Origin: Chrysomallon squamiferum
Taxonomy: Eukaryota > Animalia > Mollusca
Direction: 5' to 3'
NCBI GenBank assembly: GCA_012295275.1
Contig: CM022670.1
Coordinates: 18,972,001 to 19,036,000 of the forward strand
DNA: 64,000 nucleotides
A program made the position numbers and the translations under genes. Positions 40,924-53,785 of this stretch are shown here, piece after piece (positions within the stretch are counted from its first letter, which is position 1; every line of letters begins with the position of its first letter). Under the pieces are notes generated by a model. It saw only the letters and a program-made list of their open reading frames with translations. It searched no databases and was not told where the DNA came from.

Positions 40924-41460
40924 CTTGAATCTCGAGTAGTTTTCTTCCTTGTCTTGATATGAAATTCCTGTGTTACCGCTTCTTTCGTGTAACCATATGA
41001 CTTAGCAGCTTTTCGTGCACGTACGGCTGTCAATTCCACCTTCCCACAGTCAAGCTCCGTTCCCACAAAACAGACGAACTTGCAAGTAAGCAATCAGCGG
41101 TATGTCAAAACCCGTTACAAACTCACCGACACCGTCGAAGGTCGCATGCATATCTTTCTATCGCTATTTTGCTCTGGAAGCCACTATCGAAATATTCAAC
41201 AATAAAAGCATTGTAGCGATCTTGGAAACTAACTGCCTTGTTATACAAAGGCAGGCGATACCCATGACATTATGTGTGTCGCTATCGAGCTAAAGTAAAT
41301 CGGCTTATAATAACCGGCAACTACCATTGACGCAGTGGTTGTTTGGAGCTGTTCCGTTTGTGATTTACCCGCCTTCGAATAACGAATTCGGCTGTTGAGA
41401 GAATTACTCTCACTCCTACATGAAATCCGCGGCAAATCAGATTCGATTATCGTAGTTTCA
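40700..41460 (-). promoter_or_regulatory. CpG-rich 5' UTR/promoter region of ADCY9
   Basis: Abrupt rise in GC and CpG around and upstream of the ATG, bounded by AT-rich sequence after ~41460. TSS not located. Confidence 0.65.
40973..40996 (-). other. Short upstream ORF (MVTRKKR*) in the putative ADCY9 5' UTR
   Basis: ATG at 40996-40994, TAA at 40975-40973, ending ~50 nt before the main ATG. Confidence 0.45.
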
Positions 41461-42230
41461 GGATGGTAATAATTAGTACTGAGTCTCTAGCTGCTAACAT
41501 TATATTAAATCAATGGGCTTGAACAATAAATTGATGGGGAACACAATGTTACGAATTATAAATGAACGGTCTGCATTTTAGGTTCTTCCTATTTAGTCAT
41601 TATTCGTTTCATATTTTTTAGCATTATTTTATATATATATATTTATTTTCTTCTTTACGTAATTTAGTAAGATAATTATCTAGAAAAAGCACAATACAAA
41701 TTTTTATTTCTTTTCTTTAATCTTTTTTTTTCTTTTGTTTATCTTTTTAAAAATAAAAGATCAGAACATGTTTTTGTTTGAAAAAAAATAATAATTGAAT
41801 ACTGATACATTATCATAATTCTGTTATTTAAAAGTTACTTTTAGCTATCATTACAGTTTAATAAATATTACTATGGCACAAAATTAATTTTCTAGCTATA
41901 GTTTTATTCATTACTTATCATAAGGAATATTAATGTTGTTGTCGGTTGGTTGGATGTTATTTATTTATATTTCTAAAGCAAAATGTATTCATTATTTTAT
42001 TTATTAAATTTAACAAGCAAAAACAACGAACATCTTACTTTGTAATAGAAAGTAGATTTTAATATTTATTTTTCCTGTGGTTTTCATCCATTTTTGTTTT
42101 CTTCTTTTAATTTTTATTAATACTTTTAAATATTATTTCCTTATAAATTTTCGAGAAACAGAAACAATTGCAAAATTGACAAAATAATTCACTTTTAAAC
42201 GTAATAATTCTTAAATTTTCTTAGTGTTGA

Positions 42231-42266
<36 letters not shown>

Positions 42267-42395
42267 GTGTGTGATTTTGTTTTCTTTTTGTTCTTTTGAT
42301 TTGTTTGTTATTTTGTCAAGAAAAAAGTATATGGTTCTACTTATATTATAAGAACAACCAACATCATTACAATAATCACTACAATTACTACCACC

Positions 42396-42426
<31 letters not shown>

Positions 42427-42648
42427 TACTACTACTACTTTTAGCAGCAGCAATTAAATTCGTCAAAGTGGTAAAATAAAAAAATAAAAAAATAAAATGT
42501 TCTCCCTTCATTCGCTATTTTCATAAATCTTTTTTAAAATTTCCAAAACTTTTTTGGGGGTGTGTTAAATAATTAATTTATGTTTTGTTGCTAGTTCATT
42601 ACGATTTTGATTGATGTTAAATGTTCATTGCTTTACTCTGAGTCGATG

Positions 42649-42649
<1 letters not shown>

Positions 42650-42708
<59 letters not shown>
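42650..42708. repeat. (CT)n microsatellite between the divergent genes
   Basis: Read directly; similar (CT)n tracts near 45979-46031, 47834-47896, 51837-51900 and 53727-53783. Confidence 0.95.
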
Positions 42709-42711
<3 letters not shown>

Positions 42712-42929
42712 TTTGTACTTTTTATTATTATTGCTACTGTTTTTTTGTTTGGTGTTTTATTTATTTATTGTAGTTGTCATTGTCAACATCATCATCATTA
42801 TCATATCGTTGTTAACAGAACGAAATGGAGATAAAGGTGAAATCTCTATCTACCTATCTATCTATATCTATATCTATATATCTATATATATCAACATCTC
42901 TCTACCTAACTCATTTCATAAGGATGAAT

Positions 42930-43020
42930 TGACACGATAATCAATAAAACTACACGATCCCGCTCCGGTACTTTTTGGATTAACTTTTCGTGTTGCTGCC
43001 ATGTTACCGTGACGTCATAA
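42930..43020. promoter_or_regulatory. Small CpG-containing promoter-like patch with full CRE (TGACGTCA 43010-43017) and a YY1-like motif (GCCATGTT)
   Basis: Sequence gctgccatgttaccgTGACGTCAtaa within an otherwise AT/microsatellite region between two divergent genes. Confidence 0.55.
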
Positions 43021-43138
43021 ACACTGTTTAGCAATTTTATGTTTATATATCAATTTTATTTTATAATTTTTATTTTATTTTAGGTGTGTTACGTTACATT
43101 TTGTAATCTTATTTTGTAGTTTATGTTTTGTAAAATGA

Positions 43139-43160
43139 ATGAAAACAGTTAAAAATAAAG
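43139..43160 (+). CDS. Candidate first coding exon of the orphan repeat gene (MKTVKNK)
   Basis: ATG followed by a strong donor AAG|GTATGT (phase 1). Confidence 0.4.
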
Positions 43161-43351
43161 GTATGTTGCTTACATAAAAAATATTTGTTTTCTGACTTCC
43201 AAAAGGAAATGTATCTTGATGATTATATCTCATTCGATCTTTTTTCTTTTCTTTTTCTTTTTCTTTTTCTCTTTTTTCTTTATTTATTTTTTAAATTATC
43301 GTTTTGATCATTTTTACCTATTTTCTAATAATATCATTTTAATTATTTCAG

Positions 43352-43386
43352 ATTTTTGCAATACATTTTATTCACAAATTGATCAG
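43352..43386 (+). CDS. Candidate second exon of the orphan repeat gene (DFCNTFYSQIDQ)
   Basis: Acceptor ttatttcag, donor CAG|GTAGGT, phase 1-0; creates a DFC motif like those in the main ORF. Confidence 0.42.
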
Positions 43387-43450
43387 GTAGGTGTGTTTTA
43401 TTACTTACTTATTTACTTAGTCATTAATTTATTTACTTATTTTTAATTTA

Positions 43451-43487
<37 letters not shown>

Positions 43488-43612
43488 TTCGTGTGTATTT
43501 TGTCTTCCTGATGTTTTATTCTAATATTTTTATTACATCTATACTTTATTAGCAAAACCTTAAATAAATAAACACACAAAAAAACAAAACCTATATGGAA
43601 TAATAAAACCAA

Positions 43613-43615
<3 letters not shown>

Positions 43616-43663
<48 letters not shown>
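43616..43663. repeat. (CA)n microsatellite
   Basis: Read directly. Confidence 0.95.
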
Positions 43664-43665
<2 letters not shown>

Positions 43666-44421
43666 AAAAACTTGGAATTAGTTCAGCTGATATTCACTGA
43701 TTAAATTTCCACTTGTATACGAGTGGTTAAATCAGCCTAATTAGAATGATAAATTAAATCAATATTAAATAAATAAATAATCGTTTGTAGAAAAAAAAAA
43801 TCAATTTCTGGATCAGGGAAATTTTTATGAGACTGCAAATAAATGAATAGTGGTTCATTACATTTTAGATGCTAAATGTAAAAAGTTTAAAAAGTTTATT
43901 CATTCATTTAATTACTTATTCATGGTTAAGCTTGCTTGAAAGAAGGAAGACATTCCATGGACTAATCATTGTGACTGATAGCAATCCTTTTCACACACAC
44001 ACACGCACACACACATGGACGTTCGGACTATAGCATTCATAAAACAAGTCTGACCTTAAACTGGAGTACTAACTGATCAAACTACTAAACTGCAAAATTG
44101 AAACAGTTATGTTAGGTCCGAAATATAAAACGAATATATTTGAAACTTTCAAACATTCTTATGGGAAATAATTTGTGTTATAATGAACAAAAAAATCTAT
44201 TATTTTCTGTATTTTTTTTTTTTTTTTTTTTTTTTAAATTTGTCACAATAATAACACAAATTTTCAGTAAAACAAGGTACTTTTTGACTGCAGGCATTTC
44301 CAAATTCTTCATAATGCAATTTCCCTTAAAAAAAAAATTACTGTTTTACATATTAAACAGATTACATTTGTCAAAATATTTATTTTCAGTTTCCGTTTGC
44401 CAAGTAATTAGAAAATAAAAT

Positions 44422-45363
44422 TTGTTAACTTATAATTTAGTGCCAAAATCTGTTAAAGAAATTCTTTTTCTTAAGCCGTGCAGATTTACCAATCCTCTGA
44501 TGAACCAGAAGGCAACAACCTTGAAATTCTGTAGTCAGTTCTGCGCCAAAGAAAATAACAGGGAACCTAAAACTCTGGCAAATTCCACACTCTTCGGAGG
44601 ACCTGTCGATTTTTGCTTCAAAGATGGCGACAAAATAAACAACACAGAACCGAGAAATGTAGTGGATTCCATTCACTCGATAGGAAATGCTGACTTCTGC
44701 ATGCCGAGAAAAAATGCTGATTTCTGCGCATCGGTAGGAAACGCCGAGTTCTGCATGCAAAAGAGCGATATACAAACTAGAAACTTGATGGATTCTAATT
44801 TTGCTATGTCAAACGGAATCGCAAACTTCTGCACGCAAGAAGTCAGCAAAACGAGCAATACAGAATTTAGAAATACGGCTGATGGCATTCGTTCTGAAAC
44901 TAATGTAAACTTCTGCGTGCAGAAGGGTGTCGGAGAAACTAGAAATGCATCAGATTCTCAGCTATCGAGAGGAACCCTTAGAGTGAGCGTGCAAAAAGCA
45001 GACACAGAACCAAGAAAAATTATAGAGACCTTTCTTTCTGAAGGAAACGCTAGCTTCTATACACAAAACGGTGACAAAAGATGCAGTTCTGATCCTAGAA
45101 ATATAGAAGATTACCCGAAATGTTCCCTCTACAGTCCTGTGGCCGACTCCAGAATCAGTCACAGTGCTGCTCACAAATCTACTCAGCCAGAAGCGTCAGA
45201 CACTTCGACGTGGCCAGAATTTACATCTGAAGAAACTGGTCTTATTGAAAATGTGGAATGGTTAGGTGGTATAAACGGCAGTTTTGGAGGCAGATCAGTT
45301 TTAAAAAGAGCTCTCAAAGGTTTCAACAAAATTCTTAAGGGCAATGTCAAATTATTCGAATAG
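44422..45363 (+). CDS. Uncharacterised protein with ~7 degenerate 23-30 aa Cys-containing repeats (main exon; in-frame acceptors at 44441 or 44476, first ATG 44500)
   Basis: 942-nt stop-free frame, GC higher than flanks, repeats of unequal length that all keep frame; no family recognised. Confidence 0.72.
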   Translation: MLTYNLVPKSVKEILFLKPCRFTNPLMNQKATTLKFCSQFCAKENNREPKTLANSTLFGGPVDFCFKDGDKINNTEPRNVVDSIHSIGNADFCMPRKNADFCASVGNAEFCMQKSDIQTRNLMDSNFAMSNGIANFCTQEVSKTSNTEFRNTADGIRSETNVNFCVQKGVGETRNASDSQLSRGTLRVSVQKADTEPRKIIETFLSEGNASFYTQNGDKRCSSDPRNIEDYPKCSLYSPVADSRISHSAAHKSTQPEASDTSTWPEFTSEETGLIENVEWLGGINGSFGGRSVLKRALKGFNKILKGNVKLFE

Positions 45364-45975
45364 ATGTTTGTAGAAAAAATTAAAATATTTTTAAAAGTAA
45401 TTATGATGTTAATGGTTTATTATAATATTAATACCGATCATAATCACACACTGATAAAAACAAAATTCAAATACACAACATGTATGTGAGAATGCGTGTG
45501 TATATATATCAATATATCTGTTTCAGTCTTAAATCTATCATATATATCATTCTGTCACTCAGTCGATATATCTATATGTATGTTGGTGTGTAAAAGGTCT
45601 TCATGTAAGGTCTCTATTTTCGAACAGTGAAGGTCTTAGGTTACAAGAGATTTTCTTTACCCAAGTAAATATAAACGAATGAATGTTAATAAAAATATTT
45701 ATTATACATATAAAAACGGGGTTTTTTGATTTTGTGGGTAAACTATACTCCTTTTGCAATGTTTGTGTTATCATTCTGTTGTAGTATAATGTAAGGATGG
45801 GCATATGTAAAGTGTTACATGATAATGTATCTCGTTCTTTTTCTTCATTTTGTTTCCATTGTATGGTAAAAGATTTACAGTAATTTCTGTTCCCGGCAGA
45901 GGAATTAGTAACATCATATTAAACTTCTTCATTTATTTTAAATTCACTATCACCTATTATATCAAAAAATATTTT

Positions 45976-46037
<62 letters not shown>

Positions 46038-46964
46038 TTTTTTAAATATATGATTTAAACGAAATGACAAAACCACAAATCCGCAAAAAAGTATTTTTCG
46101 TAAAATAGCTGTGAGTGTCCAATCTCAGCAGTGTGTATGGCCTCTTCTAGATGTCTGTTGATGCGTATGAAAGATGATGACGCCGGATGAGGGACCCACC
46201 AAACTGAGACGATTATCAGATTAGTGTTCTTGCACGTCGAACACATCTTGCAAGGAACTGGGGTCTGAGACGCAGTTCAAGCTGTAATTATTTCGCTGAC
46301 AAATACATAATGGCCAGAACATTTATTCAAATGTTGAGCAAACGCGTTCAGCTGTCCGATTAGGAATTTCATTAAAAAAGACAGATCGTATCTTACATAC
46401 ATATATATATTTTATTTTATTTTTGTTATTATTGTTTATATCAAAACTTTTTTATATACAAAAGCAAGAATTTAACTCTGTAAATATATTCATCACTCAA
46501 AAAAAAAAAAAAAAAAAAAAAAAAAATTAAATTAAAATTAAAAAAAAAAAAAAAAAAGAAAGAAAGAAAAAAGAAAAACTCACCAATAAACATGTTTAAC
46601 TGTTTCGTTTTACACATCACCTTAAGTTTATCTTTATGAGTGCTCGCTGAATCTAATAGTTTCCGTAATCGACTTGAGTTTGTATCATTATGGTAATATT
46701 TAATAATTTAATATTAGGACAATTTAAATAAATTTCCATAGGAGGAATTTTAATTTTAATTTAAAATTTTAAATTTTAAATTTTTATTTATATTTTTTAA
46801 TTTTTTTAATTCCCTTTTTCCCACACAATATATAATGAAAGTAAAAAAAAAAAAAAAAATAATAAAAAAAAATAAAAAACCAAAACAACAATAAACTTTT
46901 TATTAGTAGTAATAATTGTAGTAGTAGTTGCAGTAGTAGTAGTAGTAGCATTAGATGCTAATTT

Positions 46965-47075
46965 ACTGTCCGGCCAGTGGAGTACGGTTGGTTCATCGAA
47001 GACAATAGTTAGTATGTTCCTGTGAGGTATAAACCATTCCTTATTGCTAATCGAAGAAAGAGTAGTCCCTTCTAA
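46965..47075 (+). mobile_element. Nin-type SINE fragment
   Basis: CCGGCCAGTG...TTCCTTATTGCTAATCGAAGAAAGAGTAGTCC, similar to the copies at 56830 and 60250. Confidence 0.55.
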
Positions 47076-47829
47076 TGATCCGTTTTGAAAGATATATATA
47101 CTGATATATATGTATGTATGTATGTAATATATTTATAAATGTGTGTCGTTGTATAATGTATGTGTGTGTGTCTTTCTTTCTATCAGGTTATCTCTCACAT
47201 ACATAAGCACATATATTCAGGTCACTTTCTCCCTCTTTTCTGCTAATAGCACACAAGCTAACAATACCCTCCAAAATGCTGTGGTTTATGTAACCTTTGT
47301 CCTAACTAACATTAACAGCGATTAAGCTGTGCTCCCCTCTTAAAATGGATAACTCAAACTAGCTCGATTCTAAGCTTCGAACTTATCACCTACTCGACTT
47401 GACTTAACTATCATAACGACTGCGTAACATATACCAAACAAGCTGCTTCGAGCAAGCGTCATCATGTAATAGGTGGAAAACACTGTCAACAACATTCTGC
47501 AACTCATTCTGCATGCCAGGCAGGATATCAAGACTAGCTATTGATTCGAAAAGAACAATTTACATTGCGGAATTACAAGTCAAATGTCAAACGGTGACAG
47601 TGGTTAGAATCTAAGAAGGAAAACGTGATGGAAATAAGCCGCTAGAGACTTCTGATCACTTCGAATTTTGGTTCTTAGTGAAGGATACAAACATGGCTCA
47701 AAGTCGAAGCGTGTTTTTGTGGCAGCTGTAGAACGAATGCTTATAATTACTACTAAAACAAAAGTACTAGTTAAAATAAACTCAGTTTAATTGCAATTTA
47801 TAACTGTCGCCAAAGTAAGAGCAAAACAT

Positions 47830-47898
<69 letters not shown>

Positions 47899-48979
47899 GG
47901 ATATAATGTTTATTACCATATGATGATGTTCTTGTTCTGTTTTAACTTTCTTGTTCTTTAAATTACATTTAAATTTAAACGTCACTACATTTAAATAAAT
48001 CGCCAGGTATTTCGATTTTATCATCAACGTAATTTTGACAATACGCTGTTTCTTCAGGATCCAATTAAAGGATAAAAGGTTAGCGTTCATTCTTACCCGG
48101 TACGTGTCATCGCGCAAGATCTGGCAAAATCGTTGAGATTTCATTGTTAACTTGCAGATGCTGTTTCCATCATAAAGTGCCTTTTTATTACATTAATTAT
48201 CTTTAAAGCCGTTTTTATTACGTCTTTGGGATTCGACAGGGCCGAAATTCAAGATTATGAGCGAATAGTCACGAACACAAGCTTTTATAATAAACGCCGT
48301 GGTCTTTCACAAAGCAGCGCAGTCACGCTAAATTAATTAGGCCATGATTAATCAGGTCATCATTTTTTCAGTGATTTTATCACAAATTTAGTTATTACTG
48401 CCTAAGCAGAGCAGTTACTAAACTCTTGACTAATGGAGAGATGGGAATAAACGAAGGAAGAAAAGGTGTGAAACCAACAACGATTAAATTAATTTAAAAA
48501 CGATTACCCAACACAAACAAATATAAAGAAAACAAATCACTGGCTGTTATATTGGATGTTAATAATTTGTTCTCTGTAAGTAAATTAATGATTAACCCCA
48601 ATGAATATTACTGTAATTACAATTAAATCCTTAAATAAAAGTCGTTAACCTTTTCAAAAGAAGTGCACAATATCGAGAAGCCATTACGGCTGAAAAAGGG
48701 TTCACCATGTATCTTCTGACAAATATGTCTTTTATAATGTGATTGTTTCATTACGTAATGCACTGAATATTAGTATCTATTGACAGAGCTCTCATTGTCG
48801 TTGTTTATTTATATTCAGAATAAATGAACGAATAAATAATTAACTGTTAAGAAAGACGTAGCACTACATGAACTCAGATCTTCTAACAAACTAACTTCTC
48901 TTGACCGTACAAGTTAAATTTGTTAGTCATGTTGAAAGATTCCCTGACACTCGGCGTTTGTATTGTAGATCTCTACATT

Positions 48980-49100
48980 TGTGTGTATGTATGTGTGTGT
49001 GTATGTATGTATGTATGTATGTATGTATGTATGTATGTATGTATGTATGTACGTATGTATGTGTGTGTGTTTATATATATATATATGTATGTATGTATAT
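48980..49100. repeat. (TATG)n/(TG)n compound microsatellite
   Basis: Read directly; related degenerate tracts at ~54940-55210 and ~62810-63070. Confidence 0.92.
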
Positions 49101-51834
49101 GAATGTGCGTATATAATATTGGTGCAAGCACGCGTGACTTGTGCGAACTATGGCATATTTACTACCCATGTTTTGCTTATACTAGAGGGTTTTCCACAAA
49201 TTCAATATTCTTATGTACATTTTCACTGGTTAATCGGAAAAACTATCACGACCTTTTGCAAATGTTATGTGGAGAAATAAACAAAACCAAAAAAAAAAAA
49301 AAAAAAAAAAAAACCAAAAACAAATAGATAAATAAAAAACGATAACCGGAGATCAAACAACGTGTTGTAAAATTAATATTCTCCATTCCATTATATATGC
49401 AATAAATAACAAAAATAATAGGCGGAATATGCAACACTGTACGACAGTGGCTATCAGAATGGGAAATTAGTCATAATGAACGATCATAAATTTGTAATCA
49501 GCCTTCCATCAATTTGATACGAATCTGCTTGGGTTTAGCAAAGAAAAAAAATCAATATAGTCGAAGAATTATGTTTTTATCTGTCTCCTTAAAATGATTG
49601 CATACAGTACATTTAATTATCTTCAGTGGGGCAACACTGTGCGGATTATTCAAGAACGTCCTTGCACACAGAGCGAAACGAAAGTTATTGATGAAAGTAT
49701 AATTGTTGAAATGCAACTCTTCAGTTACGTTTTTAATGATGTATAGTGTTTCTTTGTGGTGTTTTTATTGCACAAAACGCTCTTTCGTGATTCAGCGAAT
49801 AAATTGTTTATAATTTAATATTAGTTTAAAAATACACATTTACAAGTTTGACTCAAATTTATTCAGCTTTATAAGCATAATGGATAAAAAAAAAAAAAAT
49901 TATATATACATACATGTACATTAAAACCATTCTATATATAATATTATATTCACACTTTAATGCATAATGTTGAAGCTGTAGTTTAGTACTTTTTAACTAT
50001 TCTGTTTTTGTTTTTAAAAACAGAGATAAATTTTCTAACTCACTAATATCTGGGAATAGAAAAATAAATCACATAAGACTGAAAATTAATATTTTTAAAA
50101 TAGTGAAAGAACATTACAATAGTAAACAATATCTATTTTCAAAGAACGAACAAAAACACATTAAAAAAAAAATATATAAATTTAGATTATTTATTCTGCG
50201 TAATGAAAAGAAATCGTTTAGCTGAAACCTTTTTTCATTTCTTCTATTTATTATTATTATGATTATTATTTATTATTTTTCGACATTTTCATACGTATCC
50301 TTTGAATGTAGATGTTATACCTATTCTTTAATATATTACATATCCTAAGAGGAAGTGAATAATAGGTATTTTGTATCGCTTAAACACATATATGTATCTA
50401 TCATACGTGTGAAAAATATTCATTATTAGCATTATGTATGTAACAGATACCATTTGCTGGTGGGTATAAAAAGCTCCCCCCTCTCTCTCTCTCTGTATGT
50501 CTGTATATTTGTTTTTTGTGTGTGTGAAATGAATATTTGGCAAGTAAAATACATGGCTAAATAAAACTTAGATGTGACTGATAACCAATATCCTTCCATA
50601 ACACATTTATCAGATTATACACATATACTTTTTCAAGGCTTCAGGGAATATCCTTATTATTTAAAATTTAAAAATTAATGGATAGACCAGAAAACTGAGA
50701 TATGTATTATATTTAGAGGGTGCTTTCATATGATTTTGTTGTCCTGCAATCAGTATCTGGAACCAACACACATAACACAACGTTATATATCAGAACCTCG
50801 AACTTGTACTACATGATGACAGTTTCATTATAACTGTTTAGAAATCTTGTAATACAGTTTAAATAAATGATATAACATATGTGTTACATAAATATGTAAT
50901 GCCAATATCTAAAATATCTTGTAGTCAATACATAGAGATATCAATGAAGAAACTGATGTATTGATAGAAATAGTGGCACGACTTCCAAATTCAGAAAGGT
51001 ACAAAGTAAATATAGCTTGGAATCCTTGTCTTTTTCACATCGACTCCATCGAGTTTCCTTAATTCTATCGAAACAGGGTAGCATTTGTTTAGGCCTTGTT
51101 TTTGAAAATAACTTGATGAAAATGATTAAAACCGAAGGCCCAATTTGTCCTAGAAGATACTCTATTAATGTTTTAGAAAATTAGTAAAAAAGATGAAGTG
51201 GCTCTGTACTAATTCACATTTAATTCAATGAAAAAGCTTCTGACAAAAGGCGACTGCAGTATTTATCAGCTTTAAATTTAGTGACTTAACCATACTATTA
51301 GCTCAGTTGTCTACCAGATTTAATGTCTTGCATCAGAAAGACAGGTCTAATCATTGCCACCAGAGCTGGTTCATTTGTAGCTTTTGTCCTTCCAATGCTG
51401 CTCTTAACTCGAGCCAATTCTCCGATGCTGAATGCTAGGTTTAATCCAAGACCACAGAGTTTATGGTTGAAACCGCTGACGAATCAATATTGTTTATGAA
51501 TCATTACAAAACATATTTATTTATTTCTGTTCAGTGCTTGTGTGCATATGTAAAATTTTAATATTTTTTTAAATAAAGATTTATATCATGAACATTTGAC
51601 TAAAAAATACATATTTGTCTGTTGTATTTCCTTGTTTTTTGTTTTTTATCTGAATTTTATTGTTTATTTGTTTGTCTATCTATCTATCTGCCTTTCTGTC
51701 TGTCTCTGTCTCTTTATTTTACTGTAAATTTATATATACATTATAATCTATCTTTCTCTCTCTGTCAGCTTTTGTATCTATTTATATTTTTATGTTATAT
51801 TATCTTTCTGTATATTTGTCTTTAACTATTGATG

Positions 51835-51904
<70 letters not shown>

Positions 51905-52390
51905 GTTTATTTTTGTTTCTGTTTACCAATTATCGATGCAGAACATTTTAACCAGTCATTCTCCAAATGCAAATGGTAATTTACAATGGACGATCGTGTA
52001 ATTTTCTGATTAAAGACAACATTGGCATTCTGATTACCCGTGGTTGTTTTCGCTCGTTATTCATTAGTTAATGTCTACTGGTCTCCGTTAAAAATAGCCT
52101 CCTTATCGGCAAATTGTCACTGTGCTGATTAAATGCATGAAAGGCAGTTCAAATGAAGCATTGTGTTGTCATTACGCCCGATCAGAAACATTTCACTGCT
52201 GTTGAAGAAAATTAGTTCTGTGTACAGAGAGAATCAATGTGTCTTGTTAATATAAGCTGTACACTGCTTGTCCGTTCAGATGAAGACTTCATGTAGACAT
52301 AATACTGTTTCTACAACCAAAAACCCCCAAAACGCCCCCAAAAGACACATATAGTGACATAGAGAAATAATAAGACATATACTGCGACAG

Positions 52391-52537
<147 letters not shown>

Positions 52538-52896
52538 GTACAACAAAGAAGTCTCCACAGAAAGACGTTACTATGATTTTCTGTTTGTGGTAATTTGCAT
52601 GGAGTTAATCTTAGTGTTTTCTTCTACAAAATTGGTCTGCCACACATAATGTGCTAGCAGTCCGATTACAATTACAACAATCATATAATGCAATGTAGTT
52701 CAATACAATATACGATACACAAACATATTATCTGTATTGTATTACCAAGCAATACAACATAATACAAATCTATACTGCACAATACACGATATAATGCGAT
52801 TTATATTAATGCAGTATAATAAAATGTTTTAGTCTGCAGACTGACATCTTTGTTTTTCTTTTGCTTTATATTACCATAGATGCTATAGTTTGTGTT

Positions 52897-52938
<42 letters not shown>

Positions 52939-52941
52939 GAC

Positions 52942-52979
<38 letters not shown>

Positions 52980-53183
52980 CAATGCATTTTTTATAATCGA
53001 TTTCAAAAAAAATTTAAGCCTTAATTATTAAAATATATATATATATATATATATAAACATACAAAATCAGAACACACATCCACATAAACATAATTTATTC
53101 TGCAACATTGAATTAATACACATACCATTTTCCTCATTCTGACAAATGTGACAATATTTTATTTTATTCCGTTTCACTGAGGT

Positions 53184-53219
<36 letters not shown>

Positions 53220-53723
53220 GTAAAACGTATATATCAATATGTTATCAGCATCCATTTTTAATATATATATTTTTTGTTTTGTTTTTCTTTTTTCTACATA
53301 GCATTAGCATGTCATAACACATTTTTTCCTAGAGCGACATAAAATGATGCCGTGTTTGGATAACGACTAGTACGGATCGATGAGCCACTTATTTCAGAAA
53401 TGCCACTAGATGTCGCTGCAAGTCGAATACGTCTGTTTGTTGTGTAAACTTTTGGTGCCTGTATTAAAACTGAATTCGGAACAGAAATTCGATGAATGTT
53501 ACGCCATGGTTAATTATCTCAGTGTTATTCAGCTTGGTGGAAATAATTTTTTCATTATTAGACTGCGACAGCTTTCTAACTTTGGTTGTTTCAGAAAATA
53601 TTGTTGTAGAATTATTTTTAAAAGAGAATGCTGATATGACGTCGTTGTTATATTATGAATGATAACAAGATATTTCTGTAAGGGTATATCATATTTCTTA
53701 CTTGCTCTTTTCATTATTTCGTT

Positions 53724-53785
<62 letters not shown>

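Noticed and set aside
40632-41093. 153-aa minus-strand ORF overlapping the ADCY9 start in another frame
   Set aside because: Non-ATG start, no recognisable domain; expected in GC-richer UTR/coding sequence.
44140-44418. 92-aa ORF in frame with the orphan ORF, separated by one TAA (possible readthrough)
   Set aside because: Poly-T/low-complexity, intron-like composition; splicing explains the start better.
44437-45174. Minus-strand ORFs over the orphan gene
   Set aside because: Shorter, fragmented shadows of the plus-strand frame.
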